A stretch of 8,494 nt of DNA, taken from assembly GCA_964510585.1 (NCBI GenBank), contig CAZECW010000108.1:1-8494 (forward strand). The letters run 5' to 3'. The notes under the pieces were generated by a model. It had not been told where the DNA came from, ran no database searches, and worked only from the letters and a program-made list of their open reading frames with translations. This DNA is from an uncultured archaeon. GTDB lineage: Archaea; Asgardarchaeota; Jordiarchaeia; Jordiarchaeales; Jordiarchaeaceae. The translations under genes and the position numbers were made by a program. Below are positions 1 to 7,513 of the stretch, one piece after another. Positions within the stretch are counted from its first letter, which is position 1. Each line of letters begins with the position of its first letter.

Positions 1-1
1 A

Positions 2-2662
2 ACAGTCATAGAACGTTTAAAGATATTAAATGACGAAATGGTAAAACTCTTGGACTCAGATGAGTGTGAATGGTCAAAAATCCCCTCAGACACAAGATTT
101 CCCGGCTTCTTTTCAAGCATGTCCGACCACGCCCTTGCCACTTCCGCCGTAGGTGTAGCCATAGCAGTAGAACTTTATAATAAGGGAGCCGATTTGGCAG
201 GTGAATACAATGGGGAAATGGCGGAGCTTTTGAAAACTAGAAGGGGAGTAATTGAGGTTGTTAGAACACTATGTCTGCTCCACGACTCGGGGAAACCTTC
301 ACCGAAACACACTGAAAATACTAAAAAGGCTGTCGAAGAGATACTCTCAAAGATAGGCTTCGGCGAATTGGCTACTGATTTAGCAGAGTCAGCTTCAAGA
401 CATCATTATGATAAAGATTCTGAGCGTCCTCCAAGGACAAAGGTCGAGTGGGTAGTTGCCTATGCTGATAAGGTCGCTGTTCAGGATAGAACGTTTGCTG
501 GCAAAATTCTTGGTGTAGCTGTACAACCGCTTAGGTGGTTAGGTGATCATGTTGATTCTTCAAATAAGCAGAGAATATACCAGTTGGCAGACTTTATTGA
601 GCTGTTTGGTAATGACACGAAGATAGATGTTGGAAAAGTATCAGAGGAGATTAAGAAAATTCTTCCATTAGATTACAAATTTTTCAAAGAAACTCTTGAC
701 GCTGAATTATTGAATGCTAGGGAAAGGTTAGGTGAGGATATAAGGTTAGCCTTGATTCTTTTTGAGGGTGCAGGGATACAGGGATATGTTAGGAAGTCGA
801 GTTCCGCTCGCCATCTAGTTGGGCGTAGTTCTCTGGTGGAGGTGGCGACTAGATTAGCTGCAAAAAGTTTGGAGGATATGCTAGCGCCAGAGTCTATAAT
901 TTACGTCACCAGTGGAAGTGTGTTTGCCATTGTTCCTCCCTCAGAACTGCCTCAAATTGTGGATACTTTAAACAAAGAGTTTGAAGATGTTGTTAAAGGT
1001 GGAATCAGTTTAAAGTGCTGTAAAACAGCTGAGGATGTGAGCTTTAGCCTATTTGAGTTGAAAACTGGGCCAAAATTTACATGGGCTAACTGGAAAGAAG
1101 AATCGAAATTTTCAAGAATTGAAAGAAGGAATTTTGGTGAGTTTTACACAATTTTGAATAACACCATTTCTGTTCTTGACCATAAAGTTAGTGGGAGTGG
1201 TTTAACGATTCCCGCGGGGGAAATTTGTTCAATTTGTTTTGAAGAAAAAGCCCTTCCAGAGAATGATCCAGGTATTTTAGATGTAATAAAAAGTTTACCG
1301 GAGGATGAGCGGGAAGGTTATAAGGCTGGAGCCATATGTTTAAACGTTGACCAGCATAGAATGAAATTGAAAGAAACACTTGCAGGATCTTTCAAAATAG
1401 AATTCAAAGGGGAGGAAGCTTATGTTACTTTGCGTGGAGAGGTGCCTCCGGAGGATGTCAAGAATTCGCCCATTTTTATGATTACCGAGGCGATGAGCAA
1501 TATTTTGAGGGATAAGTTAAACGCTGAACATAAAGATCTCATAAGGGAATTTTCAGGAAGAACTGTTGTATTTGAAAATGCTAAATCTTGGAATTTTCTT
1601 GGTCTTGAATCGGGATACGCGCTGGAGGGGAAAGGCGTACCAGAAAAGGAGGAAATGGTGGTAGGGGTTTCGGATGTTGCCTTCATAGGTGGTGATGGGG
1701 ACAATTTTGGTTTAATTAAATCTGCAATGAACAATTTAACTTTATACCGTAAAGTCTCGAAGATATTCAAAGAGGTTATGCAGGACTCTGTAGCCAAAGC
1801 TTTAAGTGAGGTTATAATATACCAGTTAAAGCTTTACTCACAAAGCTATCGTCCCGACAAAAAATTGGAGCCCCCAGCGAAACTTTATCTACCATTTGAT
1901 ATGGTATATTTTGGTGGGGACGATTTTCTCCTGGTTTTAGATGCGGGGTTTGTGTTTATTTTCCTCAAGGCGTTCAGAGACGCAATTTTAGATAGGCTTG
2001 GTTCACGCAAGGAGAATTATCAAAAGCGGGATGGCGAGAATCTTTCCGTTTTTTCCTTAGGCGTATCTTTGGGTGTGGTTGTCGCGCCCAATAGGGCCCC
2101 CATTCATGGAACCTTGAGCGCCCTTAATACACTGGAATCCAAAGCAAAGAAGCTCAGTAAACGTAGGCAGAAGGTTGAGAATAATAAACCAGTTTTCGGT
2201 GGAGAAATATCAGTTGCACTTGAACGTTTCACCACGATTCCCACCAAAGAATTTGTGGAAGAAAATTACAAGGCTAAAGGTTTTGGGGGAACAACGAAAA
2301 TTTGTAGTACTTCATGGCCCCTTCTTGGTGCAGATATTTTCTCCGACTCGCCAGGTGATGGGCGGCCTCTTCCATTAATCACCCTTACGAAAAAGCTTCT
2401 GGAGAAACATGAAATTAGGTCTAATAATGTGGCTGAATTTGCTAGAATTGAAACTCCAAATGAGGAGGAGATAAAACTTCAAATAAGATTCAAAGCTGCG
2501 CGTTTGGACGAGAAGCGTCCTGAGAGAGAGGGCTACAGACTCTTGGCGAATAACCTTACAGTTAGGGAGGATGATTGTATAAAATTCCGTCACGGAGATG
2601 TTGCTAATGCTATGAGGATAGTTAAAGAGAGTCCCCTCTTGTTGCCCTCGGGAGGCGGATAG
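2..2662 (+). CDS. cas10: Type III CRISPR large subunit Cas10 (HD nuclease, two Palm domains, Zn-ribbon). Probably 5'-partial; first in-window ATG at 38.
   Basis: HD residues: DH (H31, nt 128), LHDSGK (nt 281-286 for HD), HH (401-406), YAD (D at 467). Palm1-like LILFEGAGIQGYV...GRSSL. CxxC at 1226-1237. Palm2 GGDGDNFG (D at 1694) and YFGGDDF (GGDD 1913-1924). C-terminal Cas11-like helix IKLQIRFKAAR. The frame has no stop from nt 2 to 37 (TVIERLKILNDE) and there is no evident RBS before ATG 38. Residue numbers count from ATG 38. Confidence 0.97.
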   Translation, partial: TVIERLKILNDEMVKLLDSDECEWSKIPSDTRFPGFFSSMSDHALATSAVGVAIAVELYNKGADLAGEYNGEMAELLKTRRGVIEVVRTLCLLHDSGKPSPKHTENTKKAVEEILSKIGFGELATDLAESASRHHYDKDSERPPRTKVEWVVAYADKVAVQDRTFAGKILGVAVQPLRWLGDHVDSSNKQRIYQLADFIELFGNDTKIDVGKVSEEIKKILPLDYKFFKETLDAELLNARERLGEDIRLALILFEGAGIQGYVRKSSSARHLVGRSSLVEVATRLAAKSLEDMLAPESIIYVTSGSVFAIVPPSELPQIVDTLNKEFEDVVKGGISLKCCKTAEDVSFSLFELKTGPKFTWANWKEESKFSRIERRNFGEFYTILNNTISVLDHKVSGSGLTIPAGEICSICFEEKALPENDPGILDVIKSLPEDEREGYKAGAICLNVDQHRMKLKETLAGSFKIEFKGEEAYVTLRGEVPPEDVKNSPIFMITEAMSNILRDKLNAEHKDLIREFSGRTVVFENAKSWNFLGLESGYALEGKGVPEKEEMVVGVSDVAFIGGDGDNFGLIKSAMNNLTLYRKVSKIFKEVMQDSVAKALSEVIIYQLKLYSQSYRPDKKLEPPAKLYLPFDMVYFGGDDFLLVLDAGFVFIFLKAFRDAILDRLGSRKENYQKRDGENLSVFSLGVSLGVVVAPNRAPIHGTLSALNTLESKAKKLSKRRQKVENNKPVFGGEISVALERFTTIPTKEFVEENYKAKGFGGTTKICSTSWPLLGADIFSDSPGDGRPLPLITLTKKLLEKHEIRSNNVAEFARIETPNEEEIKLQIRFKAARLDEKRPEREGYRLLANNLTVREDDCIKFRHGDVANAMRIVKESPLLLPSGGG

Positions 2663-2680
2663 CTGATAGGGTGTGGTTGA

Positions 2681-3313
2681 ATGGCTTGGAAGGATGATAT
2701 AAACTTCTCCCTTACTATGAGTGTAGGCTTCAGGATTGGTTCTGGGAGAGCCGGACTGGGAGTTGATCTACCAGTTGTAAAAGAGCCACTTCATAATGGC
2801 AAGTACAACTACTATACTTCCAATTTATCAAGTAGCCTTCGTGGCGTTCTCAGAAAATCAGTACATAGACTGATTCAGTCGACTGAGTTGAGCTCTCTTG
2901 CTGGCCTTGAGGAGGCCTTGTTTGGAAGTTGGGTTACTGAGGTGGGAACCAAGCAGAAGGAGGGTAAAATTAGAGTTGAAGTGATATCTCCCTCCTCGCA
3001 AAACATCAAAGGGTACACCCGGACGGGTATAAGAATAGATGAGGTGTTCGGTTCAGTAGCTCCCCAAGCACTGTTTACTTACGAAGTATTGGAGGGAGAC
3101 CGAGAAAAATTGACCTTGAGTTTTAGGCTCACTAGTACTTTTCCACTGAGTGGTGATGAGGCGGCCTTGATACTTGCTGGTCTAAACGGATTAGTATATG
3201 ATTCTATAGGAGGATTCGCATCTAGAGGATTAGGCTTAATTGAAAAGGTCGAAATTGACCAAAAATTTAAGGATTTTGCAAAACAGCATCTAGAAAAATA
3301 TCTGGGAAAGTGA
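2681..3313 (+). CDS. csm3: Cas7-group RAMP (Csm3-like), 210 aa
   Basis: FRIGSG...VDLPVVK, SSSLRGVLR, LFGS, RTGIRID...ALFTYE and the C-terminal Gly-rich loop IGGFASRGLG. Lies directly after cas10, as in III-D loci. Confidence 0.9.
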   Translation: MAWKDDINFSLTMSVGFRIGSGRAGLGVDLPVVKEPLHNGKYNYYTSNLSSSLRGVLRKSVHRLIQSTELSSLAGLEEALFGSWVTEVGTKQKEGKIRVEVISPSSQNIKGYTRTGIRIDEVFGSVAPQALFTYEVLEGDREKLTLSFRLTSTFPLSGDEAALILAGLNGLVYDSIGGFASRGLGLIEKVEIDQKFKDFAKQHLEKYLGK

Positions 3314-3314
3314 T

Positions 3315-3320
3315 GGTGAT
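3315..3320 (+). promoter_or_regulatory. Ribosome-binding site GGTGAT
   Basis: Lies between the stop at 3313 and ATG 3324; archaeal-style GGTGA core. Confidence 0.6.
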
Positions 3321-3323
3321 TAA

Positions 3324-4547
3324 ATGATAGTTGGACTAATTGAGGTTGAGGCTAAAACACCCATAGTGATTGTTTCAAAGAAGGCTAAGGGAGGATTCCT
3401 TGAAACAACAGATTATATTCCGAGCTCAACCATTCTTGGTGGGGTAGCAAGGCAAATTATTATAGATAACTATTCAAGTGGTTTTGGGAACTGTTCAAAA
3501 CTGAAGGGCCCTAATGATTCCCCCCAGTGTGAGAATTGCAGTGCTAAGGAAAAATGTGCCTACAACTATATATGGGTTGAGAAAAGGTTAAAGCTCAACT
3601 ATTGTCTCCCCTCAAGCCAAAAAAATTTCGAGGATCCTCCTCCCATACCTAGTTTGCAGTCCCTCTTTAAATCGAGAGAAGATGAACTGTTCATAGACGG
3701 ACTGTTACTCATGGCTCTCTATAGGATGTCCCTAAGAAAAGAAGCAAAAGAGGATATTCTTCTAAAGAAATTGGAAACCAAAGAGGGACCATGCAAGAAA
3801 AGTGACGCATCAGTTCGCATAGAAGAAAATGGTGCGATAGAAAGTTTGAAAATTACACTAAATGACGCACCTCACGTTGCCATAAATCCCCAACTTAAAA
3901 CCTCGGAAACGGGATATTTGTACAGTTACACTATGCTCAGTAGGGGAACAAAACTTACAGGATTAGCTATGGGCGACGAAAAAATAATCGATGAGAACCT
4001 TAATAATTCAACAATATCAGTAGGAACGGGAAAATCTCGAGGAAATGGGATTGTTAAACTAACTGTCACTAAGAAACAATCTTTAGAGGAATATATTAAG
4101 ATGAGAGGAAAGTTGATTAAAGAGGGCTTTGAGGAGATAGGAAAAAACATTAATGAATTTTTAGTGAAGCCAAAAGAAAATTTGCTTTTTGGAACCATAA
4201 CCGGATTATCTCCCCTGCCCATCAAAAGTGGAAGTCAGCCACCTGAAAATGTCGCACAAAGAATAGACATACCAAGCAACCAGATAATTCACCTGTCATA
4301 CAAGGTGGGAACTCACATCAGGTACGAGTTTAATGGTGGAGAAAATTTTGAACCAACATTCATTCTATCTCCCGTCATTAACCCAGGCTACGCGGGAGTC
4401 TTCTCCATAGAAGGAGATTTGGAAAAAGTTTCACTTAATCTGGCTAAACGCGAAGTCGATTTGACAAATTATCAACCATGGTTTGGTTGGATTACCATAA
4501 ACCATCCAATCCACTATTTGAATGTTAGAAATCAAATCAAAGGGTGA
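3324..4547 (+). CDS. csx10: Cas5-group RAMP, Csx10-like (III-D), 407 aa
   Basis: N-terminal TPIVI...LETTDYIPSSTILGGVA, HVAINP..KTSETGYLYSY, internal Gly-rich loop VGTGKSRGNG followed by a second, degenerate RAMP-like half. Size and position match Csx10. Confidence 0.82.
   Translation: MIVGLIEVEAKTPIVIVSKKAKGGFLETTDYIPSSTILGGVARQIIIDNYSSGFGNCSKLKGPNDSPQCENCSAKEKCAYNYIWVEKRLKLNYCLPSSQKNFEDPPPIPSLQSLFKSREDELFIDGLLLMALYRMSLRKEAKEDILLKKLETKEGPCKKSDASVRIEENGAIESLKITLNDAPHVAINPQLKTSETGYLYSYTMLSRGTKLTGLAMGDEKIIDENLNNSTISVGTGKSRGNGIVKLTVTKKQSLEEYIKMRGKLIKEGFEEIGKNINEFLVKPKENLLFGTITGLSPLPIKSGSQPPENVAQRIDIPSNQIIHLSYKVGTHIRYEFNGGENFEPTFILSPVINPGYAGVFSIEGDLEKVSLNLAKREVDLTNYQPWFGWITINHPIHYLNVRNQIKG
4543..4547 (+). 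promoter_or_regulatory. Ribosome-binding site GGTGA overlapping the csx10 stop codon
   Basis: 7 nt before ATG 4555; its TGA is the stop codon of the upstream gene. Confidence 0.6.
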
Positions 4548-4554
4548 ATAAAAT

Positions 4555-4908
4555 ATGAAAGAGAAAGATACAACCGAATATGTGAAGGCCGCTGAGAATA
4601 TTCTAAAAAACATCGAGGACCACATAATAGAAACTGAAGGGAGTAAGGAAGGAAAAGGAAACGTTACAATGGGCACTGTAAGGAAAGCGTTAGAGCTGGC
4701 TAAAACCACCAAAAGCTATCTAGAGTTTAAACTAAGGCTCGGCTACATGGTCGCAAGAAACATACCGTCAAAGGGAAGAAATACACCTCTTGAAAAATTT
4801 TATGAAAATCTCAAGAGAGAGTCCAAAGGAGACCTTGAGTATCTTAAGAATCTTATGGAGTATGTAGTTATGAGATTCACAGTTCTAGCTAAACTTGGAA
4901 GGGAGTAG
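4555..4908 (+). CDS. cas11: Small subunit Cas11 (Csm2-like), 117 aa
   Basis: Helical and basic. VTMGTVRK...FKLRLGYMVAR resembles the Csm2/Cas11 T-x-x-Q-x-R...Y-x-x-x-R pattern. Located between cas5 and cas7. Confidence 0.85.
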   Translation: MKEKDTTEYVKAAENILKNIEDHIIETEGSKEGKGNVTMGTVRKALELAKTTKSYLEFKLRLGYMVARNIPSKGRNTPLEKFYENLKRESKGDLEYLKNLMEYVVMRFTVLAKLGRE

Positions 4909-4909
4909 T

Positions 4910-4917
4910 GGAGGTGA
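4910..4917 (+). promoter_or_regulatory. Ribosome-binding site GGAGGTGA
   Basis: Complementary to the 16S 3' end, 9 nt before TTG 4927. Confidence 0.8.
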
Positions 4918-4926
4918 AATTTAGAG

Positions 4927-5721
4927 TTGAGCAGTGGCGAAATGAGTCTCCATAGTAGGCTTAAGAGAAGGATAGTCATCGACTGTATGATTGAAACTAT
5001 GGAGCCTCTCCATGTAGGAAAAGGAAAAGAGACCCCGACTGTTTCAGAGGTCGACCTGCCGGTAATAGTTGACAGTAACAAAAATCCTATTATTCCGGGA
5101 TCAAGTATAAGGGGAGTCCTAAGGGCTCATGTGACACGCCTATTGTCCTCCTTAGACGAAACAATCCTCCAACAAGAATTCAACGTTGTAAAAGTTAAAG
5201 CAACAGAAAAGGAAATAGACGAATTCCAAGCAGCGAGGTCTCAAGAAGAAAAAATGAAGCTATTCAGTGAAAAATTAGGCGTCATTGACAAATTGTTTGG
5301 GGCGTCTGGCTATGCTTCACCACTAAGAATGACTGATGCGAAGCCAACAAAAGGAATTGAACTAATCGAGCGAACCCACGTAAGAATTGATAACGATTTA
5401 GATAGAGCAGTAGAAGGTGGACTATTTGATGTTCAGTCTGTTCCCGAGGAGCAACAGTTTGAATTCAAAATTGTTTTCGACGAGTTGAATGACCATGTTA
5501 CACTTGATGTAAGCAAAGTCTTCTACAAACTATTCCTGAATCAATTGGTGGATGGGCTTGAAATGTTTTTAGGCGGAATGAAGTCAAGAGGATACGGATT
5601 AAGCAAAATTAAAGCCAAACAGGTTTTGCTATATACCCCAAAACAATTAGCGTTGGGCGAAAAACCCCAACCCATTACCGACATAAGCGGATTTGTAAAT
5701 GAAGCCCTAAAAGAGATGTAA
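4927..5721 (+). CDS. csm3: Cas7 backbone subunit Csm3, 264 aa (TTG start; alternative ATG at 4942)
   Basis: EPLHVG...DLPV...PIIPGSSIRGVLR, LFGA, RTHVRID...GGLFD, LGGMKSRGYG. RBS GGAGGTGA at 4910-4917. Confidence 0.95.
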   Translation: MSSGEMSLHSRLKRRIVIDCMIETMEPLHVGKGKETPTVSEVDLPVIVDSNKNPIIPGSSIRGVLRAHVTRLLSSLDETILQQEFNVVKVKATEKEIDEFQAARSQEEKMKLFSEKLGVIDKLFGASGYASPLRMTDAKPTKGIELIERTHVRIDNDLDRAVEGGLFDVQSVPEEQQFEFKIVFDELNDHVTLDVSKVFYKLFLNQLVDGLEMFLGGMKSRGYGLSKIKAKQVLLYTPKQLALGEKPQPITDISGFVNEALKEM

Positions 5722-5752
5722 TAAACAAAGGATGGAGAGTGGCGGGATATAA

Positions 5753-6604
5753 ATGAGCGAACCTAAATATTTTGGAAAATATGTACTCCTCAGTCAAATA
5801 GATGCTAAAATAATTGCAAAAACACCATTAAGAGTTGGAAAAGGTAAAGAAATGGCAGTTGTAGAGTCAGACCTACCAATAATAAAAAATTCTGACGAAG
5901 TGCCTATTATACCGGGTTCTTCTCTTAAAGGATTCTTTAGAGCAAACTCAGAAAGAATAATAGCCAACATCAAACCGATTACGGAGGCTGAACAATTAAC
6001 TAAAAAGATATTTGGTTCCTCAGATAAGAAGGAGGAACCCGGCTCAGCGATATTCTTTTACGACCTCAAAGCCACCAACTATAAGCTCGAAAATAGAAAA
6101 CACATCAAAATCAATCCACAGACTGGTGGTGTGGATAACCTATTTGAAGCTGAGTGCGTAATGGACGGCGCATCTTTTGAGGGACGTCTTGCAACAACGA
6201 GGAATCTTTCACCAGTATTTATTGGAATTTTGCAACCAGTAATTGAATTAGCTTCACTGGGCATCTGCCGCCTAGGAGGCTTCAAGAGCAGAGGCTATGG
6301 TTCAGTGGATATTAACATAAATAAGCTGACTCTGATTATACCTGGAAAATCCAAAGAAAAGCTAAAAGAGGGAGTGGAAATCCAACCAACAATAGGAACA
6401 GACAAACCCACACACATCAAAACAAAAAATGGTAACGAGGTAACACTCAAGGAAATAGATGAGGTGAGCTTTAAAGCAAAAATAGAGGAGGAAGCAGGCT
6501 ATCTCGGGGCAAAGATAACAGTGGAAGATACCAAAGAGACTAGCAAACTATTCTCATCGCTGGCTAATCAGTTTCAGAAATACCTCATGGGAGAAAGCAA
6601 GTAG
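5753..6604 (+). CDS. csm3: Cas7 backbone subunit Csm3 with C-terminal extension, 283 aa
   Basis: TPLRVG...SDLPI...PIIPGSSLKGFFR, IFGS, RKHIKINP.TG, LGGFKSRGYG. Confidence 0.95.
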   Translation: MSEPKYFGKYVLLSQIDAKIIAKTPLRVGKGKEMAVVESDLPIIKNSDEVPIIPGSSLKGFFRANSERIIANIKPITEAEQLTKKIFGSSDKKEEPGSAIFFYDLKATNYKLENRKHIKINPQTGGVDNLFEAECVMDGASFEGRLATTRNLSPVFIGILQPVIELASLGICRLGGFKSRGYGSVDININKLTLIIPGKSKEKLKEGVEIQPTIGTDKPTHIKTKNGNEVTLKEIDEVSFKAKIEEEAGYLGAKITVEDTKETSKLFSSLANQFQKYLMGESK

Positions 6605-6622
6605 GAATGGGGGAAGATTGGT

Positions 6623-7510
6623 TTGAGCAGGCAAACACGTGGTTCAGGAGGCGCAGTCTCCTCTTACTATGACTTCATTAAGGTTGATTCAACTAGGAGA
6701 GATAAAATACCAGAACGATTGTTCACAGATAGGAGAAAACTTGGAAACATTTACCTATTGGAACTTCAATTCACTACCATTCGACCCATACATGTTAGTA
6801 CGGGAATGAAGGAGCTCAAAGAAAATGGCGTACCTGAAATAATCATGGTACAATATCTAAATAATAAGGATGGTAAACCAACAATTCCCGGCTCCACGTT
6901 TAAAGGCTTGACATCAACAAACTATCTTGCCCTCACTGGCTCCATCGAACTTACATGCGAACTATTTGGTTCAGACAGGCATCCGGCAATCTCGAAGGTA
7001 TTCTTTGAAGATGTTGTACCGCTTGAGAATGTAGAAACAAAATTGGTGAAGGTTAAAAGAGCATGGATGCCAAAAATAAGTGTTCAAAGAAGTGTTAAGG
7101 TATACACATCTAGGGCTCCTCCAACCGCAGACTATGGGCTAATGCAGTGCATCCCGGAGGGAACAGTGCTCTCGACAACAATACGTGGCGTTGCACTAAG
7201 AGATTTTGAATTGGGAGGATTACTGATGTCTCTAGGACTAAATATCAAAAATGATGAGGTTACCACAGGAGTAATTAAATTAGGCTACGGTAAACCCCAA
7301 GGATTCGGTCAGATTAAACTTAGCCCGGAAAAATCAAAACTTCTATTGGTGGAGTTAAAAGGACTCACAGGAGCCCCAAAGTTACAAGGAAGTCTAGAAA
7401 AAGCAGAAACTGTGGCCAATTATATTAAAAAATTCTTGGAAGAGATAAAAAAGAGGGAGCCTCAAAGGAATGCAGACCAAATATACCAAAAAATCTTCAA
7501 GGGGATCTAG
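6623..7510 (+). CDS. csm5: Cas7-group RAMP, Csm5-like / III-D terminal Cas7, 295 aa (TTG start)
   Basis: YYDFIKV near the N-terminus (cf. the PYNF motif), RPIHVSTG, PTIPGSTFKG, LFG...SKVFFED, ELGGLL, and KLGYGKPQGFG, which resembles the terminal Cas7 of III-D loci. GGGGGA at 6609-6614 lies upstream of the TTG. Confidence 0.82.
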   Translation: MSRQTRGSGGAVSSYYDFIKVDSTRRDKIPERLFTDRRKLGNIYLLELQFTTIRPIHVSTGMKELKENGVPEIIMVQYLNNKDGKPTIPGSTFKGLTSTNYLALTGSIELTCELFGSDRHPAISKVFFEDVVPLENVETKLVKVKRAWMPKISVQRSVKVYTSRAPPTADYGLMQCIPEGTVLSTTIRGVALRDFELGGLLMSLGLNIKNDEVTTGVIKLGYGKPQGFGQIKLSPEKSKLLLVELKGLTGAPKLQGSLEKAETVANYIKKFLEEIKKREPQRNADQIYQKIFKGI

Positions 7511-7513
7511 AAA

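Noticed and set aside
1358-1680. Roughly 105-aa segment between the Zn-ribbon and Palm2 of Cas10 as a novel insertion
   Set aside because: Cmr2-type Cas10s have a variable helical region of comparable length here.
2480-2503. Cas10 C-terminal motif LQIRFKAAR resembling Cas11 LRLGYMVAR
   Set aside because: Homology of the Cas10 C-terminal domain to the small subunit is already established.
1188-2593. Short ORFs 1188-1379 (-), 1420-1797 (-), 2175-2378 (+) and 2375-2593 (-)
   Set aside because: Fully inside cas10, with no recognisable motifs; consistent with shadow ORFs.
3926-6285. Minus-strand ORFs 3926-4225, 4431-4712, 4800-5081 and 6079-6285
   Set aside because: Antisense to well-supported cas genes, with Ser/Phe/Ile/Leu-rich composition typical of antisense frames.
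6607-6672. ATG at 6607 as the start of the csm5-like gene
   Set aside because: It is out of frame with the RAMP ORF and stops after about 21 codons; TTG 6623 is in frame and has an RBS-like G run.
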